Shown here in pieces: positions 53,325 to 61,798 of a stretch of DNA of 64,000 nt (its first letter is position 1; the number at the start of each line of letters is the position of its first letter). The notes under the pieces are model-generated. The model did no database searches and was not told the DNA's origin. It saw only the letters and a program-made list of their open reading frames with translations. The DNA is from a virus (Duplodnaviria; Caudoviricetes). Position numbers and translations under genes: made by a program. Location: the IMG/VR virus record IMGVR_UViG_3300020577_008405, positions 3,069 to 67,068 of that record, one strand, 5' to 3'.

Positions 53325-54970
53325 TACAATTTCCAGCGCCCATCAATCATATTCACTAATTGACGTGAACCATCGCTATAAACAACACAGTGAGTTTGCA
53401 TCCAATTGCTCGGACCTTGGTTATAACCAAGTTTAAGGAAAGAAGAAGTCCCTACTGCAAATGCCCCATGCCAAATACCCGGACAATGACTATGACCGGT
53501 GACAGATAAGCCATATGACTTACGCATATTCTTGATATTACCCTTAGAACCTGCAGGGCCAATATCGCCATGAGCTCCTAATTGAATACCTGCTACTTTA
53601 AAATCTTCATCTCGTTGTAGCCAACGAATATTTTCGGCCTTAAGACCAACTTTTTCAGCACCAGTCTTAATTGGATCTTTTCCATCTAACATTGCCTTAG
53701 CGAGATCTAGAGAGAAATAATGATTTTGGGGATCGTGAGCATACTTAGCATACCGTAAGTAATCTTTTGACAAAAACTCATCATGATTAGACTTGATGAC
53801 AACTACTTCATCAACTTGTTTTGAGAACCAAGTTAAATCGTCACGAAGTCCAACAAATTCCTGCTCTAGAGACGGAACACCATTCATAAAATGCATTGTC
53901 TTAACGACAATATTATGCTCTTCGTGATGGTTAATAGACTTACCGTTAAAGGTATCGTGAAGAGCAACTTTCTTAGGTTTAAAGAAACCTAGCATCTCTC
54001 CTGTACACTTATAAACCATAGGATCGGTTTCACCTGAATGCCAATCACCACACACCAAGACTTCAGGAGCTTCGTCTACAATCCTGCCATCTGGATGATA
54101 GCGCTTACCAAAGTGAACAAAACTACCTTCTGCATTTAACATTTGAATCTGTGTGTAACCATATAAAGCATCATCAATAATGTTTACAAAAATTGCACCC
54201 ATCACATGATGCTTGTCGGCGATATAAGCTGTTCTCTCAGACATGTAATTTGATGTCACATAATTAGGTACTGTAATGGCACCTGTAGTCATCATGACAT
54301 GTGGCAACTTCTCATTAGACGTTGACTCAAGAGTCATACTCTGTTTAGGAGATGCGAACACAAAGCTACCTTCACGCTGACCAATATCACCAAGACCAGT
54401 AGTCGGATTGATTTGCTTTGCAGAGAGCTTAATGGTACTAATGAAGAAATTAGAATTAAGGTGAGTATCCTCAACAACTAAACAATCCTTAGCTAATCGC
54501 TGATCAATTGTGCCATATCCACCTCGATTATAAGTTTTATTATGAGCAGGATCAGAGGCAACTAAGACAAGCATTGCTGCTTTGTTCTGTTTGCAGAAAC
54601 TTTTTAAACTAGCATGAAAACCAGAATGTACAGCACATCCAGTAACTGCAGTAGTGATAATAAACTTTTTGTGCTGTTTTACTACCTTATGAAGTTTATC
54701 ACTTAAATCACTTTCATCCATTAAATCAACAATCTCAACATCAAAAAACTTTTTCGGAAATTCTTCGCGGGCTTCTTCTTCTAATTTTCCTAGCGAAGAA
54801 AAGTGATGCTTAACAGAATCTTTCGTGTGACCACGCTCGCATAATTCATCCATTTTAGGAGCACGGGAGAGCTCTTCAAATAGATCTGAAAAATCTACGA
54901 TGATTTGGTGCTTCTTGTCTTCACTTTCTGTCTCGTCTTTAACGGACTTCGGCGTCTTTGATTTACTCAA
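53324..54970 (-). CDS. Calcineurin-like phosphoesterase-domain protein
   Basis: GDWH, LHD, SNHD, HGD, GHSH. Confidence 0.75.
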   Translation of the reverse strand: MSKSKTPKSVKDETESEDKKHQIIVDFSDLFEELSRAPKMDELCERGHTKDSVKHHFSSLGKLEEEAREEFPKKFFDVEIVDLMDESDLSDKLHKVVKQHKKFIITTAVTGCAVHSGFHASLKSFCKQNKAAMLVLVASDPAHNKTYNRGGYGTIDQRLAKDCLVVEDTHLNSNFFISTIKLSAKQINPTTGLGDIGQREGSFVFASPKQSMTLESTSNEKLPHVMMTTGAITVPNYVTSNYMSERTAYIADKHHVMGAIFVNIIDDALYGYTQIQMLNAEGSFVHFGKRYHPDGRIVDEAPEVLVCGDWHSGETDPMVYKCTGEMLGFFKPKKVALHDTFNGKSINHHEEHNIVVKTMHFMNGVPSLEQEFVGLRDDLTWFSKQVDEVVVIKSNHDEFLSKDYLRYAKYAHDPQNHYFSLDLAKAMLDGKDPIKTGAEKVGLKAENIRWLQRDEDFKVAGIQLGAHGDIGPAGSKGNIKNMRKSYGLSVTGHSHCPGIWHGAFAVGTSSFLKLGYNQGPSNWMQTHCVVYSDGSRQLVNMIDGRWKL

Positions 54971-55631
54971 AATTTTCTCCTAAGTTAAGGTTCCGGAGAA
55001 TCTCATTAAAATTCTCATCAACGGTTTTGCCTTCTACATCAATTATACAATGAGAGAATGCATTAACCATGCCATCCATGTCCTTAGCCACCTTAACCAT
55101 AAACTCATTGCCTTTGGCTTCAATAGCGTCACCCTGCGTAAACTCTTGTTTAGCCTGTTGAGCAACTGCTAAACTTTTTGAAGGATCACTCTTAAGATAA
55201 ATAACCTTGTCATAAAGTTCAGACCAATCGCAACCAGTGCCACGACAAACTTCATATGCCAATTGGGCTAAAAGCAAATGTGGATTGCCACATACATGAC
55301 CATAGGAAAGACCTGATAAAATTCCGCGATCTTGAATAATAAAATCATACTCTTGAAGAGCTGGAATAATAACCTTTTCGATATGAATCGATCGAATTGC
55401 TTGACTAACAAATTCACGAGCAACTACAGTCATTTGTGATTCGTACTTAGCATCAAGCATAACCGCACGTAGTTCCATTGTCAATGGAGCAAGCGGCGAA
55501 CCTGGTTCTTTAGTTTCTAAGACACGAAAACCTTTTGCCCTTAAATGCTCCGCAAGCTTTTTACAATGAGTTGTTTTACCGCATCCTTCAACACCCTCGA
55601 ATACGTAATACTTAGCCTTACGTTGTTTCAT
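54963..55631 (-). CDS. tmk: Thymidylate (dTMP) kinase
   Basis: FEGVEGCGKTT, TKEPG, IIQDRG. Confidence 0.9.
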   Translation of the reverse strand: MKQRKAKYYVFEGVEGCGKTTHCKKLAEHLRAKGFRVLETKEPGSPLAPLTMELRAVMLDAKYESQMTVVAREFVSQAIRSIHIEKVIIPALQEYDFIIQDRGILSGLSYGHVCGNPHLLLAQLAYEVCRGTGCDWSELYDKVIYLKSDPSKSLAVAQQAKQEFTQGDAIEAKGNEFMVKVAKDMDGMVNAFSHCIIDVEGKTVDENFNEILRNLNLGENFE

Positions 55632-55639
55632 GTTTATTC

Positions 55640-56026
55640 CTATATAGAAGAATCGTCCGGAAGAAAACCGGAAATATCGATATCTTCCGATATAGATTGT
55701 ACATCTGGGGATGATTGGATGGTTACTGGAAGCGTATATGTGCCCATCGTATACGTGGCACCAGACATGAGACTACAGCAAATAACGCAATATGTATTGC
55801 CAAGGTAATCCGGAAGAGATCCTTGGCACACATGTGGTTTAGGTATCGGCGTTGTAATCGGCATACCTACATATTGACCAGATGTAAATCCAAAAGGGTT
55901 GTCCCTCATGGATTTAATCGTGTCTCTGCTCGCTTCCGAGTTAGACCAATCTTGATCGGACCTGACTTTGCCTGTATAAAGTAAATTTTGCTGCTCTTGT
56001 TGGATCCCCAGATTTGCTTTTGCCAC
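55640..56026 (-). CDS. Hypothetical protein (start uncertain)
   Basis: Overlaps 55906-56157 in another frame. Confidence 0.45.
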   Translation of the reverse strand: MAKANLGIQQEQQNLLYTGKVRSDQDWSNSEASRDTIKSMRDNPFGFTSGQYVGMPITTPIPKPHVCQGSLPDYLGNTYCVICCSLMSGATYTMGTYTLPVTIQSSPDVQSISEDIDISGFLPDDSSI

Positions 56027-56157
56027 GCTTCCGTTTGCCGGAATTTCGTCTGGTTCACCTTGCCCTGCTCGCGGCGCTTCTTCACATACTCTGGATCTTT
56101 CATCCGTTTCTGGTGGTACTCACGGGCGGCGGCATTCTTCTCTTCCTTGCTGCTCAT
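55906..56157 (-). CDS. Basic protein ending in truncated GIY-YIG/T5orf172-like motif
   Basis: IYFIQAKSGPIKIGLT...RL; TATAAT upstream. Confidence 0.5.
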   Translation of the reverse strand: MSSKEEKNAAAREYHQKRMKDPEYVKKRREQGKVNQTKFRQTEAWQKQIWGSNKSSKIYFIQAKSGPIKIGLTRKRAETRLNP

Positions 56158-56241
56158 CTGTTTGCGTGCCTTGGTTAACGCCGCTGGTGCTCTAATCCTG
56201 CTGAGTTAGTATTCATAAGAAGATTATACCTCAATAATTTA

Positions 56242-56313
56242 TCACAACCTATAAAACAACTTCAATTTATATAGTATATACCTAAACCTCATCATCCTGT
56301 GATGGTCAGTCAT
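56242..56313 (-). CDS. LxL-motif micropeptide (23 aa)
   Basis: MTDHHRMMR-FRYILYKLKLFY-RL. Confidence 0.65.
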   Translation of the reverse strand: MTDHHRMMRFRYILYKLKLFYRL

Positions 56314-56318
56314 GTAAT

Positions 56319-56432
56319 TTATTTATAAGGGTTAAACAGTTTCAACTTGTAAAGTAAAAATTTTAATTTTAACATTTTCTCTTGGGGAGAAAGATATTTT
56401 ACATAAGGGTCTAAGGTGTATGGATAAGACAT
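56319..56432 (-). CDS. LxL-motif microprotein (37 aa)
   Basis: LKFLLYKLKLFN. Confidence 0.7.
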   Translation of the reverse strand: MSYPYTLDPYVKYLSPQEKMLKLKFLLYKLKLFNPYK

Positions 56433-56437
56433 ATAGT

Positions 56438-56539
56438 TTAGCTAAGTTTACCACATAATTTTAATTTATAAAGAATATACCTAAATTTCATTTTCCAATG
56501 GCGAATCGCCATATTCTTTAATACTTCACTCCAATCCAT
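56438..56539 (-). CDS. LxL-motif microprotein (33 aa)
   Basis: FRYILYKLKLCG. Confidence 0.7.
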   Translation of the reverse strand: MDWSEVLKNMAIRHWKMKFRYILYKLKLCGKLS

Positions 56540-56544
56540 TTTTG

Positions 56545-56626
56545 TGGGTGTGGTAGGGATCGAACCTACTTGACCGAAGTCGACGGATTTACAGTCCGTT
56601 GCCTAGTCCATTAAGGCGGCACACCC
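56545..56626 (-). tRNA. tRNA-Tyr(GTA)
   Basis: GGGTGTG/CACACCC, ACGGA-CTGTAAA-TCCGT, long variable arm, GTAGG-TTCGATC-CCTAC, A73. Confidence 0.92.
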
Positions 56627-56633
56627 GTTAATA

Positions 56634-56774
56634 TTACTTAGAATTGAGATACAGTTGCTGTAATTCGTTATTACTTATAAAACGATAATTCTTATTAAGA
56701 TCTAACACATATAGCATCCACATAAAATTCTGAATAACTCCACGATCAACCCATTTCCATTTCATGGTTTTCAT
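56634..56774 (-). CDS. LxL-motif microprotein (46 aa)
   Basis: FMWMLYVLDLNK; sits between two tRNA genes. Confidence 0.7.
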   Translation of the reverse strand: MKTMKWKWVDRGVIQNFMWMLYVLDLNKNYRFISNNELQQLYLNSK

Positions 56775-56776
56775 AA

Positions 56777-56849
56777 CGATCTCTAAGAGAATTGAACTCT
56801 TATTTACTAGTTGAGCAAACTAGTCGCTCTACCGTTGAGCTAAAGAAGC
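56777..56849 (-). tRNA. Atypical tRNA-like gene with 9-nt anticodon loop
   Basis: GCTC-AACGGTA-GAGC, ACTAG-TTTGCTCAA-CTAGT, AAGAG-TTCAATT-CTCTT; weak acceptor. Confidence 0.6.
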
Positions 56850-56902
56850 AAGTGATAGTCGTTCGTACTCAGGCAGTGAAATACGAATATGAGGCCTACT
56901 AA

Positions 56903-57337
56903 TTATCTCGCGACCTTGTCACTTAACAAAATTCCATCTAAGTGCTCTATTTCGTGCTGCAACATCTGTGCTCTTAAGCCGCCAGTATTCATAGTGTGAC
57001 TAACTTTATCAACGTCTTGATATGAAACTGTAATCTTCGAAAAGCGCTGTACGTCTTCAAAGATGCCCGGGAAAGAAAGACATCCTTCTTTCATAAACTT
57101 CTTTGTACCACCAATGCGTTCGATTTTAGGATTGATATAGATCTCCTTGCCGTTACCTACATCAGCCACGATGACACGTAGAGGCGTTCCAATCTGGATT
57201 GCTGAAAGACCGACACCTTCATACTGATACATCACTGCAAACATGTTGTGAATAAGGATTTGCAAGTCGGTGGAAAAATCCACTTCAGACGACACTTGCC
57301 GCAATTTTTCGTCCGGAAAAACTACCAACATAATCAC
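56903..57337 (-). CDS. def: Peptide deformylase
   Basis: GVGLSAIQIG, EGCLS, QHEIEHLDG. Confidence 0.95.
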   Translation of the reverse strand: MIMLVVFPDEKLRQVSSEVDFSTDLQILIHNMFAVMYQYEGVGLSAIQIGTPLRVIVADVGNGKEIYINPKIERIGGTKKFMKEGCLSFPGIFEDVQRFSKITVSYQDVDKVSHTMNTGGLRAQMLQHEIEHLDGILLSDKVAR

Positions 57338-57458
57338 GTCTCCATAATCGTAATAGAATCAGAACAGCAAGAAAGTTATGAGACAAGTCCGCATTACGTG
57401 TTAGATCCGACTTTTTAAAACGTGGTCTAAGGTGAGGCGGTATCCATAGCGGAGGCAT
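57285..57458 (-). CDS. LxL-motif microprotein (57 aa)
   Basis: FLAVLILLRLWR; overlaps def start. Confidence 0.5.
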   Translation of the reverse strand: MPPLWIPPHLRPRFKKSDLTRNADLSHNFLAVLILLRLWRRDYVGSFSGRKIAASVV

Positions 57459-57461
57459 AGA

Positions 57462-58433
57462 TTAGTACAGTTTGTGGTGTTTTTTAAAGCGATCAAGCGC
57501 ACGTTTTACGACCGCGTTATTAAGTTGCTTTCTTAAATGCTTGCTTTCTTCATGTGGACCCTGGTAGTCCCAATCCCAAGTGGACATAGCCTTCTCATGA
57601 GCATTTTGAACCTTTCGATCAAGCTTTGGATCAGATTCGACTTTGCCATAAGTGGGTGTATAAGTAACACGTTCATCACCAATACCCCAATCTTCTAATG
57701 GGATTCTATGATCCGGTCTCATAAGATCATGCATATCAGCCCATATTTGATTGTTTTTGTGGGCGCGAATATTGTAAGAATGTGGAGCGAGATTGTCCGC
57801 TCCATGAGTATGTGCCAGTGTTTCAATAGCATCAATTCCACCATTATTATCGTGAATATGTTTCAAGGAAGGAGCATCTCCCGTATGATGATTGATAATT
57901 TCTGCCATGTCTTCATGAGAAATTGGCTTTCTCTTGAAGCTGCCATAGGTGTTGTCGTCTTCGAGATCAATCTCATCTTGCGCCTCACGAAGTTTACCTA
58001 AATGTCCTAAATCAATTTGACCTTTAGGTAAACCCAAAGCGTACTTCCTAATTGCACCACGAATATTGTCCACACTATGGAGCTGAGGTCTTTCCCCCGT
58101 TTGTTCTTCCACCTGATCATGCAGTACTGCTAAGAAAGGAGGTTCAGGATGCTTAACAGGGACCTTATTCAAAGGAATAGGTGTTTTCTGTGAAGGAAGA
58201 GTGGCAGCAACTTTGGGCGCAGCAGCCATTGTGTTTTTTAAGTGTGTGAAAAGTTCTGAAAACATCTTATTAGATTCACTATGTGGAACTGTCTTCGGTA
58301 GATTAACGCTCTTACCGAGCAACTCCCACTGACCATTGGGCAATGTTTTAAGAAGCTCAAAAGGCTGTGCCTTACTTCGCTTATCTACCACGATAGATAG
58401 TTGCTCTAAAATTGATTTAATTAAGTTTTCCAT
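57462..58433 (-). CDS. Hypothetical His-rich (putative virion) protein
   Basis: LIKS, NGQWELLGKS motifs. Confidence 0.65.
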   Translation of the reverse strand: MENLIKSILEQLSIVVDKRSKAQPFELLKTLPNGQWELLGKSVNLPKTVPHSESNKMFSELFTHLKNTMAAAPKVAATLPSQKTPIPLNKVPVKHPEPPFLAVLHDQVEEQTGERPQLHSVDNIRGAIRKYALGLPKGQIDLGHLGKLREAQDEIDLEDDNTYGSFKRKPISHEDMAEIINHHTGDAPSLKHIHDNNGGIDAIETLAHTHGADNLAPHSYNIRAHKNNQIWADMHDLMRPDHRIPLEDWGIGDERVTYTPTYGKVESDPKLDRKVQNAHEKAMSTWDWDYQGPHEESKHLRKQLNNAVVKRALDRFKKHHKLY

Positions 58434-58440
58434 AAGCTAA

Positions 58441-58968
58441 TTATAACCTATCTTTAGGTGCAATCCACGGCATTCCTAGAAAACATAAAGCAGCTTTTTC
58501 ATCAGAAAAACAGATATTCGTCGAATCGATAATTCGCTCAAAATAAGGTGGATTGGCCCATGAATATCCAAGTGACAATATATTTGCCCTAATCTTATCG
58601 TTGAAGTTCTGTGAACCTGTAGTAAACAGTAGTGCATTGCCCATGCATCCAGGTGGCACAAAAAAGACATCTAAGCAAATCACCTTATTGCCGACTTTCT
58701 TAAACAATAAATAACCAAAAGTAGAAGCACTAAAGAAATCAGCGCGCTTTTGCCAACCAAGTTGAGCTAAACGAGCCTTAATCCCTTCCTTTTCCTCAAT
58801 AGAAGAAACGGGGATAAGCATGTCTATATCGTTACACCACCACTTACCTCGGCGATAAGAACCGGCAAGAATATAGTCCTCGATGTGTAATTGTTTAGCA
58901 ATTTGCTTGGCCGTTAGCCAAACAACCCAACGATGAAGTCTAACTTGACCTGGAAAATTCATTGACAT
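58441..58968 (-). CDS. polX: Minimal X-family DNA polymerase
   Basis: AGSYRRG...DIDML, LDVF, FTTGSQNFN, EKAALCFLGMPWIAPKDR; 175 aa. Confidence 0.85.
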   Translation of the reverse strand: MSMNFPGQVRLHRWVVWLTAKQIAKQLHIEDYILAGSYRRGKWWCNDIDMLIPVSSIEEKEGIKARLAQLGWQKRADFFSASTFGYLLFKKVGNKVICLDVFFVPPGCMGNALLFTTGSQNFNDKIRANILSLGYSWANPPYFERIIDSTNICFSDEKAALCFLGMPWIAPKDRL

Positions 58969-59019
58969 ATAAGAATACTTGGGGGTTCGAACCCCGTAGC
59001 TCCATGCAGTATCCCGCTA

Positions 59020-60273
59020 TCACTCTCGAGTGGGAGTATTGATAGCCTCGATGAGAAGATTATACTTTAGGTAATCTAGAACCTCTAAAGAAGTTCCGGA
59101 AAATATCGCAACACTTTGTGCGCGCCTATTAATCGCTATAATGCGACTATCACTCAATGCGGTTCCTGTTCCCCTTTGCTTCAAACGTTCAAGCACAGTT
59201 TCCTTTGTTTCAATAACAAAAATTGGCTTGATATCGAACTTGTCAGTATTTCGTTTAATGAAAGTAGAAATGCCAATCGACAAATCATAAATTAACGGTT
59301 TATTGAGTTTACTAAGTTTTAGCAGTTCATCTACATGGCTCTTTTTATCTGCAGAATCTGATGACAAATAAGACACATTGTTTAGCTGATTACATATCCA
59401 TGACTTACCAGAACCCGATACTCCGCATATTAGATACAATATTGGTTTAGTAACTAAAACCTCATCTTTATATTTCCATGTTAAACCGCCAGCGCTTTTA
59501 TATCGGCCTTGAATATTCTTAATGATAGAGGATCCTGGGCAACCAACAGTGCTAGCTGCTTCCTTAATAGAAGGAAATTCCCTACCATCACTAGCAATAA
59601 CCTCCTTTTGTTGAGTTTTATAAAACTCGGCCATTTTAGCCTGAGTCTCAGGAGAATTGAGCGAGGTTTTTACCGCCAATGAAATTTGCTTCTTAAGCTC
59701 ATCTGTAGTATTTGCTTTAGCTCTTTCTGATGCTGCTTGTCGATGCTCAGGATCCGCCCAGTATTCTTTCCGTTTTTCACTAATATTAGTTCTAAAGTCT
59801 TCGTCTTCCCACATTGCTTTCGATTGCTCAGAGCGAGCAATGGCAAGCTGAGGATCAGTTTTAAATCGCTGCTTATGTGAAGAAGACATTTTGGCTCTAA
59901 CTTCTTCAGGCACAATGGCTCCGAGTTTTGCTTGTCGCATTTTTTCTATTGTCTCCGGAGCAAAGAAATGTCCATTTCCTCCTTCTTTTAAATTGTAACC
60001 ATTGGGAGATAAAGTATTTCGACTTTCAATAAAGAACCTTTCAAGTTTATCTAATTCATCCTGAGAAGAAGCTTTAGCTAATTCTTCAATAGAAAAATTC
60101 TCTTCTCCATATTTCTTAATAGCATCTCTAATTGCCTTACAACCAGAACTTGGAAAAGTATGTTCTATAAATCGTTGTTCTAAATCTCTTATTGTTTGAC
60201 CAATATAAACTTTATTATTGAGCTTATTAGTTATCTTATAAATAATCATAGAGCAATTATACCCCACAATCAT
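59020..60273 (-). CDS. GIY-YIG/NUMOD3 homing endonuclease fused to P-loop kinase-like domain
   Basis: IIYKITN..NKVYIGQT, NGYNL; CGVSGSGKS. Confidence 0.85.
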   Translation of the reverse strand: MIVGYNCSMIIYKITNKLNNKVYIGQTIRDLEQRFIEHTFPSSGCKAIRDAIKKYGEENFSIEELAKASSQDELDKLERFFIESRNTLSPNGYNLKEGGNGHFFAPETIEKMRQAKLGAIVPEEVRAKMSSSHKQRFKTDPQLAIARSEQSKAMWEDEDFRTNISEKRKEYWADPEHRQAASERAKANTTDELKKQISLAVKTSLNSPETQAKMAEFYKTQQKEVIASDGREFPSIKEAASTVGCPGSSIIKNIQGRYKSAGGLTWKYKDEVLVTKPILYLICGVSGSGKSWICNQLNNVSYLSSDSADKKSHVDELLKLSKLNKPLIYDLSIGISTFIKRNTDKFDIKPIFVIETKETVLERLKQRGTGTALSDSRIIAINRRAQSVAIFSGTSLEVLDYLKYNLLIEAINTPTRE

Positions 60274-60280
60274 ATAAACA

Positions 60281-60313
60281 AGAAGGGCTTGGAGTGTTCG
60301 TCCAAGCCCTTCT
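60281..60313 (-). terminator. Terminator after capsid gene
   Basis: AGAAGGGCTTGGA / TCCAAGCCCTTCT 13-bp stem. Confidence 0.75.
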
Positions 60314-60339
60314 AACTACTTTATTTTGTTAGTAAGTTA

Positions 60340-61785
60340 TTACTTACCGGCGTTCTTGAAGAAGCAGTTGAATCGCGGAGTGTACACAAAGAGAGCGCCA
60401 TAGAGAACAATGGCAAACTCAAGTGCAGTGGTGACAATCGCGAAATTTATTTTACTGAGCGGAGCAAGCTGTTTGAAGCGCATGTTCTCCGCGCTCATGT
60501 CAAGTAGGAAAGCCTCGCCGAGACCGGGGAGCTTCGCACCAGCGCAGCGATAAACACCCGCACCAGCGTTTGCCCAGTTACCTGCAAACTTTTCAGTTCC
60601 TGCAGCACCGCCTGGAGCACTGACGTAAACCTTCCACGTCTTTACGCCAGCAGGAACAGAACCCATCGTAACATCGATGTTTTGACCAACGGTTAGAGTG
60701 ACCGCACCCGAAGCGACAGGGGCTGATTCACCTGAATCGTTAACCGCAGTAACCTTCACCTGATAAACGCCAGCCGCAAAGGTTGAACCTGTGCCAGCTG
60801 CTGCGCCTGATGCCGTAAACGTTGAAGCAGGAGCCGCTGTACCGCTTGCTACTGCGCGAACACCTGAACGAGGACGTAGGAATAGGTTAGGCTTGAGGTC
60901 GATCGCACCAGCAGTGGTCTGAATCTTCGATACGTCGTAACCAACAGTCTGTGACGCAAGACCAGGTGACGAACGGAACTGAGGATAGAACTGCTTAACG
61001 AATGCCGAGATTACTGCAGGCTCAGCGTGTAGTTCGCTAGGTGAACCGAAGTTCTCTAGTGCAATAACTGCTAGACGCTCGATATCATCTTGAGCCATAA
61101 CTGCACCAGCAAGGTCCTGACCGATTGAACTGGTCGTACCATAACCGTTGAAGTCGCCTGAAATCATCTGCGCATCCGTATCGCCCTTTAGAAGCTGCTT
61201 TAGAAGACCGCTCATCGCGATTGAGCTGCTAGGAAGATCTGCATCCGAGCCACTCATTGCGCCAGTCGTCTGGGTCTGATAGTGTGCATGACCCCAGTAT
61301 AGCTCGCGCTCAACGTTCTTCAGAAGATGCATCGTGCCTTCTTTGGCTTGCTGTGCAACAATGTCACCGACAGTAACTCGAACTAGAGTCATCTGGTGGC
61401 TAACACGTCGACGCGTGCCGAAGAACACGATCTTCTGACCATCACGTACGTAGGTCGAATCTTCCTCTTGAGGAGCTCCACCTTCGCCGAGATAAGGTGC
61501 TGAATCGCTACCGTACGAAATTAGACGGTTGTACTGTTCAAATAAGTTGTATGCCTTATCTACGCTAACAGCAGGCCACATCTTAAGGTTCTTCATATCA
61601 AACGTAACGCTCTTTAGAGTCGTTTCGAGTGATTCAGCCTGTAGAACACCACCATAGGTGAGGTCTGTAGGCTTGCCTGCGCCGCCGTAGCCTGCGCTAA
61701 TTGCCTTGTTAAGTGCCTCGATTTCAGCCGCTGACACGAGACCGGACTCGAGACCCTGTAATACTTGATTAACTGTGTCGTTCAT
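60340..61785 (-). CDS. Major capsid protein (Herelleviridae-like)
   Basis: AGYG...LQAESLE N-term, EGGAP..DS, C-term FAIVLYGALFVYTPR; next to scaffold; AGGAG RBS. Confidence 0.85.
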   Translation of the reverse strand: MNDTVNQVLQGLESGLVSAAEIEALNKAISAGYGGAGKPTDLTYGGVLQAESLETTLKSVTFDMKNLKMWPAVSVDKAYNLFEQYNRLISYGSDSAPYLGEGGAPQEEDSTYVRDGQKIVFFGTRRRVSHQMTLVRVTVGDIVAQQAKEGTMHLLKNVERELYWGHAHYQTQTTGAMSGSDADLPSSSIAMSGLLKQLLKGDTDAQMISGDFNGYGTTSSIGQDLAGAVMAQDDIERLAVIALENFGSPSELHAEPAVISAFVKQFYPQFRSSPGLASQTVGYDVSKIQTTAGAIDLKPNLFLRPRSGVRAVASGTAAPASTFTASGAAAGTGSTFAAGVYQVKVTAVNDSGESAPVASGAVTLTVGQNIDVTMGSVPAGVKTWKVYVSAPGGAAGTEKFAGNWANAGAGVYRCAGAKLPGLGEAFLLDMSAENMRFKQLAPLSKINFAIVTTALEFAIVLYGALFVYTPRFNCFFKNAGK

Positions 61786-61798
61786 ATTATCTCCTTAA

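Noticed and set aside
53233-53436. Plus-strand 67-aa ORF from the track
   Set aside because: Antisense to the phosphoesterase end and a coupled - strand microprotein.
58972-59041. tRNA-like element on - strand (GGGG-TTCGAAC-CCCC, AATACT/AGTATT)
   Set aside because: No pairing anticodon stem and overlaps the GIY-YIG 3' end; at best a remnant.
59020-60340. Group I intron around the GIY-YIG gene
   Set aside because: The flanking capsid and polX genes are complete, and a terminator separates the GIY-YIG gene from the capsid gene; it appears free-standing.
60500-60850. Ig/FN3-like insertion in the capsid protein as a novelty
   Set aside because: A comparable segment is present in Herelleviridae capsid proteins such as that of phage K.
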